Assembly (NCBI GenBank): GCA_965226375.1
Contig: CBDDCX010000007.1
Location: 544,001 to 608,000 of the forward strand
Reading direction: 5' to 3'
DNA from: Longimicrobiales bacterium
GTDB taxonomy: Bacteria > Gemmatimonadota > Gemmatimonadetes > Longimicrobiales > Gaopeijiaceae
DNA: 64,000 nucleotides
Below the pieces are notes generated by a model that did no database searches, was not told where the DNA came from, and worked only from the letters and a program-made list of their open reading frames with translations. Both the position numbers and the translations under genes were made by a program. Below, one piece after another: positions 52,149 to 62,638 of the stretch. How positions within the stretch are numbered: position 1 is the stretch's first letter; each line of letters begins with the position of its first letter.

Positions 52149-53426
52149 GTCGGTGAGGGTCCGCGCCACTCCCCCCCCGAGCGGAACGACGCGAATCGAT
52201 CCGGCCACTCCAAAAGCTACCTCGCGACCGTCAGGAGAGATCACCGGGTCGCCAGCCCCTTCGGTGTTCCGGATCGGGGTGGCCTCCAATGCATCCCACC
52301 GCCTCAACCACAGCTGAGCTTGCCCGTCATCACTCACGCCTCTGGAGACCATGAGCGATCCATCGGGCGAAAGGTCCAATGCTGCCCGCGTGGGATGAAT
52401 AGACTGAGCTTCTGCTATCAGCACCGAAACCCGTGTGACCGACTCTGGAGGCTCTGGCGGCTCGGGACCCAATAGAGACCAGCCGAAGGCGAGCGTGTAC
52501 AGGAGCGCCAAGCTCCAGCCGACGGTCGTGAGAGTGTTCCACGGACTCGCGGCCGCTCCATCGACTCCGACAACCTCTTCCCGATACCGGAAGTGCTCAT
52601 CACCGAGCGCCCTTACGAACTCCTGGGCCGAAGCGAACCGATCCGCAGGAAGCTTTTCCAGTGCCTTCCGGATCACTGCGTCCACGTTCGCCGGGATCGA
52701 GGGACGCTCATCCGTGGCCGACACGGGCTTGCCCGCGATGATCTTGCCGAGCACCGCTTGGGCTGTCGTCCCCGGGTAGGGCGGATCTCCGACTAGCATC
52801 TCATACAGGACAGCACCCAGAGCGTAGGTGTCTGTGGAGGCCCCTACGGCCTGGTCCCCCGTGGCCTGTTCCGGGCTCATGTAGAACGGAGTGCCCAGGC
52901 TGAGTCCGGTCTCTGTCAGGCGACCCCCACCAGCCGCCCCCACCGCCAACGCGATTCCGAAGTCTGCGATCAAGGGTCGCCCCTCGTGCAGCATGATGTT
53001 GGCGGGCTTGATGTCTCGGTGGATGATCTTGTTGCGATGCGCGTAGTCGAGTGCCTCGGCCAGGTCCGTCGTGATCTTTACCGCTTCGTCCACGGGAAGC
53101 TGATGCTCACGGTCTAGACGATCACGTAACGACTCGCCCTCGATGTAGGGCATCACGTAATAGAGGAAGCTGTCGGCTTCGCCTGAATCGTGGAGTGGAA
53201 GGATGTTCGGGTGGGTTAGGTTGGCGGTGGTCTTGATCTCGGCCAGGAATCGCTCGGCCCCAACCACGGCGGCCAGTTCGGGCTTCAGGACCTTCAGGGC
53301 CACCTTGCGCTCGTGCTTCAGGTCCTTGGCCAGATACACCGTAGCCATCCCGCCCTCACCGAGTTCACGCTCGATGGCGTAGCGGCCTTACAGGGCGGCG
53401 TTCAGGCGGATGATGGGATCGGACAT
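52101..53426 (-). pseudogene. Ser/Thr kinase + TM + PD40 protein; nonsense at codon 13 and C-terminus cut by IS1595
   Basis: MSDPIIRLNAAL*GRYAIERELGEGGMATVY (TAA 53388-53390), HRDIKPAN, DFGIA, YMSPEQ, SPDG repeats. Confidence 0.88.
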
Positions 53427-53617
53427 GGGCACTCCGAGGTCAGACTGCGGTCAACATCCGAGAGCGGTCCGGTAGGCGCAAGCAGAACCCCGTCAGACGC
53501 TTGAACATTCCGTGCATTTAAATGATCCTGCCCCGTCCCCCTGTCACATTCGGAGCTCCTAATTCGTTTCCATGCACGACGAGAACTCTTAGCCAGGACT
53601 GAGATGCGGAGTGCCCA

Positions 53618-54109
53618 ATGAAATCGACAGGTTTTGTCCTTGCGGTGGTGGTTGCGGTGCTGGTGGGGTGCGATGACAACAACGCGATCGGCTCTGACGT
53701 GGGACGCGCCCATGACTCGACCGGCCCCGTGATGGATCGCTTGGGTGGGCAACGCGCGCTCTGGGAGGCCCAGGGCCTCGAGGACTACACGTACGGCGTA
53801 CGGCGGGTCTGCCTTTGCCCCTTCAGGGAGGGAGTCCGAGTCACCGTGGTGGACGGAGCCGTGGCTGGAGCCACCGACCTCGTGACGGGAGAGGTGTTGG
53901 AGCCCACGGAGGTGCAGTGGTACCTGACGATCGACGGCCTCTTCGATCTCGTACAGGCCGCATACGAAGGAAACGCCTACGAGGTCCAGGTGGAGTTCGA
54001 TGCGAGCCGTGGCTACCCGACCCGCATCTTCATCGACTATGCGGATATGATCCTGGACGAAGAGGTGAGCTTTACGCTCTTGGCTGATGTCCGGGCTCTT
54101 GGAAACTGA
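53618..54109 (+). CDS. Lipoprotein, DUF6174-like
   Basis: Lipobox LVGC; W...GL.DY.Y..RRVCLC; TIDGLFD; GYPT.I.ID. Confidence 0.7.
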   Translation: MKSTGFVLAVVVAVLVGCDDNNAIGSDVGRAHDSTGPVMDRLGGQRALWEAQGLEDYTYGVRRVCLCPFREGVRVTVVDGAVAGATDLVTGEVLEPTEVQWYLTIDGLFDLVQAAYEGNAYEVQVEFDASRGYPTRIFIDYADMILDEEVSFTLLADVRALGN

Positions 54110-54188
54110 CGCCCAGCACCGAGCCCGACGATGAACCTCCGTTTTGAACGAGGGTTTTCCGCCTCGATCCCAACGTCAGAACGGATGA

Positions 54189-54764
54189 GTGATGGCTGAC
54201 ATGCCTTTGGGGCCTTACCTAGCTTACTGGCCTACGCTCATCTTCTGGTCTGCCATTGTTGTGGGCCTGGTGGCCTCCGGCCTCGGACTCGTCCGGCAGC
54301 GCGCATTCTGGCTGATCGGCGGTGCGATCTTGGTGTTACCGGCCTCGGGGTATTTGACCGCGACGCCGCGGTTTCAGTACGTCGGATGGGTGCCCGTGGC
54401 GTGCCTGCTCTTGGCCGCATACGCCGTGCGGCGGGGCAAGGTGTGGATCGCCGGGCTATTGGTCGCTGCCGGGGTCATCTTCTGGAGCGTGGTGGCCTCG
54501 ATGCTCTCCTTTCCGATCCTGCTCCATGTGCTGGTGGCGGGCGCAGCTATCGGGCTCGTGGCCGCAGGTCACCTCACCTGGAAGGTGGCGGTGTACGTCC
54601 CAATCGGAATCCTCGGGGCCTTCGTTGGCGCCCTGCTGAGTTTTGGCGATGCGCCGTTGCTCATGCGGTACCCCTATCTCAACCCGTGGACGTTGTCCGT
54701 GATGGCGGCCGTCCTCCTCGTGACGGCTCTTAGGGTTGCGGACAGGAGTGTATTTGGCCGCTGA
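54189..54764 (+). CDS. Hypothetical multi-pass membrane protein
   Basis: About six hydrophobic segments. Confidence 0.65.
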   Translation: MMADMPLGPYLAYWPTLIFWSAIVVGLVASGLGLVRQRAFWLIGGAILVLPASGYLTATPRFQYVGWVPVACLLLAAYAVRRGKVWIAGLLVAAGVIFWSVVASMLSFPILLHVLVAGAAIGLVAAGHLTWKVAVYVPIGILGAFVGALLSFGDAPLLMRYPYLNPWTLSVMAAVLLVTALRVADRSVFGR

Positions 54765-54888
54765 CGGCTCGCCCCCGTGGCTTGAAAGGCCGTTATCGGC
54801 CTGGTGATTTGACGAGCCACAAGTCGAGGAGTGCGAGTCGATTGCTGCGGCTGGACCGATCCAAACCCAGAGCAAATCCACGAGTACA

Positions 54889-54938
54889 TGCCCATGCGCT
54901 CAAGCTATGGGTGATGCTGAGGTTGGGCGATGGCTGGA
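54889..54938. repeat. 50-bp direct repeat, copy 1
   Basis: TGCCCATGCGCTCAAGCTATGGGTGATGCTGAGGTTGGGCGATGGCTGGA identical to 57870-57919. Confidence 0.9.
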
Positions 54939-54955
54939 GGTGGTCTGTGGGTCAG

Positions 54956-57055
54956 CTAGAACTGTTGCCGCTTAAAGCGTTGCCCGAGCATCCTCAAGCC
55001 GGCGGGTTCTCCGATGACGGTGAGTCGATCGCCTTCCGCGAGCACCGTCGCACCCCACGGAACGATGACCTCCGCCTCACGGCTCACCAGAGCGATCAGT
55101 GTGCCCGCGGGCATGTGCACCTCTCTAAGGGCGAGACCGATGAGTGACGCGGCGGGAGTGCCGGACTCCAACGTGAGGGCCAACACTCTCTCTTCCCGAA
55201 GCACGGCCTCCTTGAGCTCCTGGTGATTGGACGCCGACAGCCACGCCTCCATGAAGTCGTCCCGGTCCACTCGGCCGGCGATCTGAGCCAGGATGCGGAG
55301 GTGCTGGCCGGTCTTCGTCGCTGGACTGACCAGGAAGAAGACCGCCCGGACCGGCTCGGGCTGCTCCTCCGCCGCCTCTGCGAAATCTGCGTGAACGTCC
55401 ATCTTGATCCCGTCGATACATCGAACAAGGACCATCCGCGAGGATTCGATGCTCTTGAGGCGGAGGTGGGGGAGCGCCACTCCATTGGAGACGGGCATCA
55501 CGCCCTCAGCCGTGCCCTTCAGGAAGCCCTCGCCCAGCTTCTTGGCCGACGTATCGCACGTCTCGGCCAGATAGGCCGCTGCTTCCCATATGATGTTGCT
55601 GAAGCTCGCGCCGCCTGATATGTCGATGATCGCGGCTGACGCCACCGCCTGCGCGAAGGGATGCGCGTCGCGGAGGCCCTCCTCGTTCATGATTTCCCAG
55701 AGCTCGGGGTCGATGTCGACGTCGCGCTGGCGCCCGAGCCTCTCGAACATATGGTAGATCGCCCCTTCGCGGTCCACCCGGTCGCGGGCGTAGTAGGTAT
55801 ACCAGATGGCGCCGAGGGCGATGAGCCCTCCAGTGAACAGGCTGGGGAGGAGTCCCATCTCCACGACCATCCAGAAGGGGACCACGACACCCAGGACATG
55901 AAGCCAGGGGTAGAAGGGGGAGCGGTAGCCCGGGTCGTACGATTCGATGCGACTCTCCCTCATCACGATCACCGCCAGGCAGCTCAGCCCGAACATCAAG
56001 AGTTGGAATGCTCCAGCGAGCTTGGCGATCTTGGTCGGGTCGAACAGCACGACGAAGGCGAGGATCAGCGCGACTGTGGTGAAGATGGCGTACATCGGCG
56101 TTCCACGGGCCTGGATCTTCGAGAAGAACCGGGGGAGCACGTTGTCACGGCTCATGGCCAGGGGATACCGAGACGCACTCAGGACGGCCGCGTTCGATAC
56201 GGATGAGAAGGCGAGGACCGCCGCCGCCGTCACCAGGATTCTCCCCCATGGCCCCACGAGTGCATCGGCCACTGTAGCAACCGGCGTCAGGTCGCCCCCG
56301 TCCCGTGCCAGGACGTCCGCCGAAACCACCCCCACCATGACCGCTGTGCCCACGGAGTACACCAGGATGGCGGTGCCGAAGGCCAGGAACATTCCTAGGG
56401 GAAGATTTCTCTCAGGGTGGCGGACTTCCTCCGCTATGCTGGCCACCTTGGTGAGCCCCATGTAGCTGACGATGACGAGGCCCGCAGTGTTGACCACCGA
56501 CACCGGCGCCTGACTGAACACGCCGGCCAGATTGCCCGGCTCGACGTGCAGAAGCCCCGTGCCCATGAACCACGCCAGGATCAACAGCAGGGCAACGACC
56601 ATGAGCCCCTGGAACCGAGTGGCCTCCTTCGCTCCCAGGACGTTGACCATACCGAACAAGACGGCGAAGACCACCGCGATAGGCACTACGTTGAGTTCGG
56701 GGAGGAACAGCCGCAGATACGCCCCGATCCCGATGAGGGCGAAGGCGGCCTTGAGGGAAAGTGCGATCCAGGTCCCGAAGCCCCCCACCGTTCCCATGAG
56801 GGGTCCCATGCTACGATCCAGGAAGTAGTACACGCCCCCGGCTCGCGGCATGGCCGTAGCTAACTCCGCCATACTGACCAGGCCGGGAACCAGCAGGAGA
56901 CCGGCCAGAACGTAGGACAAGGGCATTCCCGGCCCGGCTCCGGCGGCCGCCAGCCCCGGAAGCAGGAAGAAGCCCGAGCTCAGCGTGGCACCCGTGGCGA
57001 TGCCGTAGACGTCCCAGAGGCCCAGCTCCTTCTTGAGGAGCTTCGGTTTTCTCAT
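54956..57055 (-). CDS. APC amino-acid permease fused to PTS EIIA and TrkA-C domains
   Basis: LKKELGL...GATLSSGFFLLPG, AEEVRHPERNLP; GVALPHLR; C-terminal LIG..LRE...PAGTLIALVSR...GDRLTVIG. Confidence 0.88.
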   Translation of the reverse strand: MRKPKLLKKELGLWDVYGIATGATLSSGFFLLPGLAAAGAGPGMPLSYVLAGLLLVPGLVSMAELATAMPRAGGVYYFLDRSMGPLMGTVGGFGTWIALSLKAAFALIGIGAYLRLFLPELNVVPIAVVFAVLFGMVNVLGAKEATRFQGLMVVALLLILAWFMGTGLLHVEPGNLAGVFSQAPVSVVNTAGLVIVSYMGLTKVASIAEEVRHPERNLPLGMFLAFGTAILVYSVGTAVMVGVVSADVLARDGGDLTPVATVADALVGPWGRILVTAAAVLAFSSVSNAAVLSASRYPLAMSRDNVLPRFFSKIQARGTPMYAIFTTVALILAFVVLFDPTKIAKLAGAFQLLMFGLSCLAVIVMRESRIESYDPGYRSPFYPWLHVLGVVVPFWMVVEMGLLPSLFTGGLIALGAIWYTYYARDRVDREGAIYHMFERLGRQRDVDIDPELWEIMNEEGLRDAHPFAQAVASAAIIDISGGASFSNIIWEAAAYLAETCDTSAKKLGEGFLKGTAEGVMPVSNGVALPHLRLKSIESSRMVLVRCIDGIKMDVHADFAEAAEEQPEPVRAVFFLVSPATKTGQHLRILAQIAGRVDRDDFMEAWLSASNHQELKEAVLREERVLALTLESGTPAASLIGLALREVHMPAGTLIALVSREAEVIVPWGATVLAEGDRLTVIGEPAGLRMLGQRFKRQQF

Positions 57056-57059
57056 GGCC

Positions 57060-57149
57060 TCAAGTACCCTCGCCGTCCTTCATGACGATGCCCTCAATCT
57101 CATAACGGCCCTCCAGTGCTGCGTTCAGGCCGGATACCTGATCAGACAT
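57060..57149 (-). pseudogene. N-terminal stub of a Ser/Thr kinase paralog
   Basis: MSDQVSGLNAALEGRYEIE matches MSDPIIRLNAAL*GRYAIE at 53426, then diverges and stops. Confidence 0.65.
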
Positions 57150-57297
57150 AGCCGCAAGATGCGTCTAGGGTGTGCGAGGCAGCAAGCAGAAGGTCCGTAG
57201 ACGCGTGTATTCGCGTTCCAAGCGTCTCCGGGGTTTATTCGGTATCCTGGGTTAGGCTGGAAGGCTCTCGTGGCTTAGAGGGGCGTTAACAACGAGA

Positions 57298-57673
57298 TCA
57301 CCCACCCTCCGGCCGGTCGCCCGTGATGGTCAACAGGAGCGCCGTGTCCTCGAGGGCTCGGATGTCCTGGGCGTGGCCCGGTCCGAAGAAGAGGACGTCC
57401 CCCTGGCCGATCTCGAACTCCTCGTGACGTACACGGTAGTGGAGGCGCCCCTGGAGCGCCTGGAGGGTCATGGGCGAGGCGGCGTGATGGGTTGCCCACC
57501 TCGACGCCCTCGGCGATCAGCGTGAGGGTGAGCCTGAGCGGCCCCGCTTTGACGAGGGTCCGGCCGACCCGGCCGCTCCGGACGTATCTCTCGTCCCGGC
57601 GGAGCTCGGCGATCTGCTCGTCCAGGTCGAAGGTGAGGTTCTCTCCGGTGAGAGCACGGGTGATGGACGACAT
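57298..57673 (-). pseudogene. Cupin-fold protein, frameshifted ~57492
   Basis: GRTLVKAGPLRLTL...VG then HHAASPMTLQALQGRL...GHAQDIRALEDTALLLTI in the next frame. Confidence 0.7.
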
Positions 57674-57869
57674 GGAGACCTCCGGGCCGGAGAAGCGACG
57701 GGGCGGTGATGTGAAGGATAGTCGAGCTGAGGATCGGGCGCGAGCAGGTGTGGAAGATGTGCCGCGGCGCGCTGGCGCGAGCCAAACATGCCAGCAAGTG
57801 TCGTTCGGACCGTACCAGATGCGGCGAGCGAAATACCCCCTGCCCTTCGGTCGGTTGCCGGCGTTACCC

Positions 57870-57919
57870 TGCCCATGCGCTCAAGCTATGGGTGATGCTG
57901 AGGTTGGGCGATGGCTGGA
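57870..57919. repeat. 50-bp direct repeat, copy 2
   Basis: Identical to 54889-54938. Confidence 0.9.
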
Positions 57920-57923
57920 TGGA

Positions 57924-58249
57924 CTAGTTCGTGATGGCCCAGCACTCCACAGGTTCAGCGACGTTCTTGAGTTGGTACTGTCCCAGTGGCTGCAAGACGC
58001 CAGGTTCGCCTAACCGCTCCTTCACAGCGGCGCTCACCACCACTTGCCCCGGCTCGGCGATCCCCTCAAGCCTGCTGGCGACGTTGACCGCGTCTCCGAA
58101 CACGTCACCGGCCTGGCGCCTGGCAGTTCCCGCCTGCTGCACCGAGAAGGCATCATCAACGGTCACGACCTTGCCGTTGTAGAGCACCAGATCACGGCCT
58201 CCCTTACGGCGCAGGCCGCGAGGGACAGGAGAGCGAAGCCTAAGATCAT
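57924..58249 (-). pseudogene. Chimeric remnant: amidohydrolase N-terminus + class III nucleotide cyclase C-terminus
   Basis: DLVLYNGKVVTVDDAFSVQQA fused to GDVFGDAVNVASRLE...LG...LKNVAEPV. Confidence 0.7.
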
Positions 58250-58280
58250 GCGGGTGACGGGAAACACAGAGAGTCCTTCT

Positions 58281-60053
58281 CTACGGTCGTTGCTTGACGT
58301 GGGGGGCCAACAGATCCTGCGCCTCCGCACGTGGAAGAGCGACCCGGCTCTCCACTGCGCGAGTGATCTGCCGGATGGCCACCACCGCTTGGGCTGCCCG
58401 CCACTCCAGCTCCTCGATCAGAGGCACGCAGTACGTAGCACCCGGCCCCTCGGCGCGGGGTGAGGGGTCCTCTTTGCCCCACCGGAGCGTGGTCCCCCGA
58501 GGCGGTTGCGCGATTCGGGAGCGGCGCTGATCCAATCCGCGCCGAAGCGACCAGTGCCGATCAGTCGGGCCCTGGGAACGTGCATCGCCCCGATGGCGGC
58601 GATGCGGCGTGCGAAGGTGCCCCACGTCACCACGACTCGGGTGTCCTCCAGGACCACGACTCGCAGAGCACAGCCCCGCAGGAGCGCTCGTCCGCTTGCG
58701 CCGAGGCCGTCGACGGTCGCCAAGATCTGCGAGAGCTCAGGAAGGAGAAAATCTCGCTCATACGCCACCGGACCGATGTCACTGACGAGTCGAACGATGT
58801 CCGGCCGCCAGAGGTCGTACGCGAACGTCGCCACGAGTTCTCGAATGGTTTCGGGCTCCTGTCTCACGATGAAGCGAGCCGCTAGATAGTCCGTCAGGTT
58901 CGGATGGATGAACTCGTAGCGTCCTCCTTCTTGGGTCACCACGCCCACCGTCTGCTCCAGGTCTTCGATCAGACCGTCGACCCCCCCCCCCCCCCCCCCC
59001 GGAAAATCGCCCACCGCCCCGGCCATCGGAGGCCCGAAGAACGCGTTCCACCTCAGGCGACGGGAACGAGCTCTCGCCCGCCGGCGCGAGGTGGATCGCG
59101 ATGCCCTCGAGAGGAGCCTCGAGCTCGTCCAACTCCACCCCGGTGCACGTGACCCGACGAAAGTTCGGCTTCTTGTCGTCCTGGTCGTGAAAGAGCGCCC
59201 GGAGCGCCTGACGGTAGAACACGTGCGGGCTGGCGTCCGCTTTCCACTCGTCGTGGGTCATGAACATGAGCTGCGGAAGCAGGGGATTTCCGGCGAGCCT
59301 GGTCATGCTCGCCCCCCCGGCGTCGGCCAGGAAGGCGGTGAACTTCTCCTTGTGTGCTCCGTCCGGTGCCGCACGATCGATCATGTCGAGCGTTTGCTCG
59401 CGTCTCATCGGCCGAACGCGCAGCACGCGGAAGCTGTCCCACGCCAGTGCGGCTCGGAACGGTCTGGAGCTCACGATCATGGGGCAATCGCTGTAGCGGT
59501 CACGGAGATCCGCGATGGCCTGTGCCACGGCGCCCGCCCGCCCGGGTGGCAGCTCGTCGAGCCCGTCCATGAGGAGCACGAGCTGCCCCCAGCGAGCGAA
59601 CTCGCCGAATGTATCTCGCGTCATGTCGAGGCCGTCCCTCACAGCCGCGGACCACAACGAATCTGTCAGGCCCACCGCGGAAAGGCCGCCGTTCTCGTCT
59701 ACTGCCTGCCCTACGCGCCGCAGCGGTACGTAGACGGGCAGCCAGGCCGCGTCATCCAAGGCATCGAGCAGAAGGTACCGGAGGAGTTGGGATTTTCCGC
59801 TTCCTGCCGCACCGATCACCACCGTGTGCAGCGAGCGAGACAGCAACCCCTGCAGGGTCGCGGGCTCCCTGGAGAACGGGTCGTCGTACTTCCACTGTAC
59901 TACGTTGTAGTCCCGCCGTATGGACGGCTCCGACTCGAGCGTCACGTCGCTGTAGGTGTTCCACATCAAGACGGGCACATCGGGGCTGCAGACCGTCTTG
60001 ATGCGCTCGTACTTTTCCCTGAGCCGGCCCCTGTACGTCTCTCGGAGACTCAT
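58281..60053 (-). pseudogene. NACHT-family STAND NTPase, frameshifted
   Basis: Walker A GAAGSGKS, Walker B LLMDGLDE, SSR, NPLL, winged-helix YEFIHPNLTDYLAA in a second frame. Confidence 0.8.
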
Positions 60054-60161
60054 CGCACACGGATCCCAGCTACGCCGACCACTCGCTCAACGGTGTGGGG
60101 GCCCGAGGGGCCTTCGTTCAGAAATGGGAGAGTGTTGGACATCCACCGGTTCGCTGCTTGG

Positions 60162-61511
60162 TTTAGCGCCCCCGATTTCTCTGGACAGTAGATTGGCAAA
60201 GACAGCGGGTCCAGAGAGAAAGGGACGTGATGGCCCAGAAGCCGAGGGAGAACAAGGCGACCGCAGGTCGTGAGAAGGTACCCGAGCGGTGGAGTGCCCA
60301 GCAGAAAACGGAGGTGGTGCTGCGCCTGCTACGGGGTGAGGACCTGGTGGAGGTCAGCCGCGAGGTACAGGTCTCACCGCCGGAGCTGGAGGAATGGCGG
60401 CGGGTGTTCCTGGAGACCGGTCAGCAGGGACTGAGACGCCGGGGCCGAGACCCTGGAGAACGGGAGCTGACCCGGACCCGGGCGAAGCTGGGAGAGTTGA
60501 CGATGCGACTGGAGCTTGCGAGAGAACTCCTGGAAAAAAGGGGGTACGGGGACGAGCTGGAGAAGCTCTTGAAGCGCGGACGCGGGTGAGTCCGGGGACA
60601 GGGCGGCTCTACCCTCTGACGATGATCTGCGAGGTCTGGCGGGTGGGGCGCTCGACGGTCTACGCGGCCCGAGATCGAGAAGAGAGCGACGGGCCGGCAG
60701 GGCTGAAGAAGCGCGGACCGAAGACGAAGCTGAGCGACGAGGAGTTGGTGGAGGAGATCCGACAGGTGCTGAAGGAGAGCGACTTCCTGGGCGAAGGCCA
60801 CCGGAAGGTCCGGGCCCGTCTGAGAGCCAAGGGGATCGGTGTGGGCAAGAACCGCGTGCTGCGGCTGATGCGGGAGAATGGGCTGCTGGCCCCCGTACGG
60901 CGCGGAAAGCACCCGCGTGGGGACCGGAGCCACAGCGGCCGGATCACGCGACGGATGTGCCGAACGAGCTGTGGGGTACGGACGCGACGCGGTTCTACAC
61001 GAAGGAGGATGGGTGGTGCTGGTTCTTCGTGGCGGTGGATCACTGCATCACAGACGTGGTGGGCTGGCACGTGGCGAAGAAGGGCGATCGGTGGGCAGCG
61101 CTCGAGCCGATCCGCCAGGGTGTACGAACCCACATGGACGGCTACGCGCCCAAGATCGCTCTGGGGCTCGGCCTACGGCACGACTGGGGCCCTCAGTACA
61201 CCGCCCATCAGTTCCAAGGAGAGCTGGCCTGGCTCGGGATCCGCTCGACGGCCTCGTACGTAGGAGAGCCGGAGTGCAACGGCGTCGCGGAACGCTTCAT
61301 GCGGACGCTGAAGGAAGAGTGCCTGTACCTCCACGACTTCGAGAGCCTCGAGGAGGCCAGGCAGGAGATCGATGCGTTCATCGAACGCTACAACCGCGGG
61401 TGGCTCCTGGAGCGGCACGGGTATCGGACCCCGGCCCAGGTCCGTCAGGAGCTCACCCTGAAGGCGGCATGATTAGGCCGCCGACTTGTCCAGGAAACCG
61501 GAACCGGTACA
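60162..61511 (+). mobile_element. IS3-family element copy 2 (1350 bp), apparently identical to copy 1
   Basis: Same ends and ORFs as 17751-19100; 5-bp TSD CTTGG at 60157-60161 and 61512-61516. Confidence 0.92.
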
Positions 61512-61749
61512 CTTGGCATGATAGAACGACGCCAACTTTCCATATATCATGCGGTGTAACGATTAAGGATTGTTTCCACACTCTAGGCGCGGCGGACATC
61601 GGAGTCGAGGGTGTAGGCGAGTGTGGAAACGATCAGTTGAGCTGAGCCGCTACGCGGTGGGTGGGGCTATGGGGATTGGAGAGTCCGGAGTCGAAGCGGC
61701 GAGGTCAGCCGGAGAGCTTGGTCGACAGGAGCGCGGCAAGCGGAGGCAA

Positions 61750-61797
61750 CGGCGGAGAACAATCTCCCCCGAGTCCTTTCGGACGCCAGTTTTCAAG
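61750..61797 (-). other. Degenerate 3' fragment of a tRNA-Ser(TGA)-like gene (probable att scar)
   Basis: Minus strand CTTGAAAACTGGCG-TCCGAAAGGA-CTCGGGGG...TTCTCCGCCG: anticodon loop, variable arm, acceptor end; T-loop missing. Confidence 0.5.
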
Positions 61798-61966
61798 TTC
61801 CTGCCTGGCTTTTGCGTCTGGCTGTGTCTAGCCCAATATCGTTGCGAGGCACGGGTTTTCGGCGGGCGCCGTTCTCCGGGAGTTGTGCTGACTTACGTGC
61901 TTTTCAGGGTCCGCGTTGGCAAAACGTTGCCAAGAGGTTTCCACCGCCGCCCCAAGGTTACCAGCC

Positions 61967-62638
61967 TCAGTCGCTGGCAACTGCATTCGCGACGGCCTCG
62001 ACGTCATAGTTGCCCAGAGCGGAGCCGCCGGCACTCCTCGCACTCCTCATCTGGCTATCCCATCGGTAGTAGGTCTCGCGCAATTCGGGACTGATAAATA
62101 GACCCGCGAAGGGAGCAGCTGGCCGAAAAGGCCAGTGCACGTCAGTGGTCTGGAAATGTGCCCAATACGGCTCGCCCGGGGAGGCACTCCTCCAGTTCCA
62201 GTAATCCCGGTGCAGTTCCACCGACGAGGCGCAGTTCACCCCGGCATATGCGTCGCGATACGTATCCACGCCTCGATCCGTCGCGCTGCCCGCGTTGGGG
62301 TTCGAGGTAAACATCGCCGTTTGATAGCCACCGGCCCTCATGTGCTGGGCCATCGTCATCGCCTGTTCAGGAAGTCCTCTGCCACCTGTTCCACGGAGAA
62401 CGCTGTCGTGTAGCGACGTAACGAAGGAACGCGTGGAAGGGTTCGTGTAGCTCGAATTACTGTAGGCGTTCTCGAAGACCGCCCCCTCGGCCGCCAGTCG
62501 TGCGATGTATGGTGTTGTGCGACGGTTGTAACCGTAGACGCTCATGAAGTCCGCGCCGGCACTATCGATGATGTAGAAGATGACGTTCGGCTTGCGGGTG
62601 TTCCTCGAACCGCTGAGGGCCCTCTCTGCCAACGTACG
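61967..62638 (-). pseudogene. Sulfatase-like hydrolase internal fragment
   Basis: KPNVIFYIIDS, YGYNRRTTP, GAVFENAYS..SYTNPST, DVHWP; cut at 5' by IS3 and short at 3'. Confidence 0.8.

Noticed and set aside
54889..57919. Integron attC sites
   Set aside because: RYYYAAC is present but I found no matching GTTRRRY box at a suitable distance and no intI
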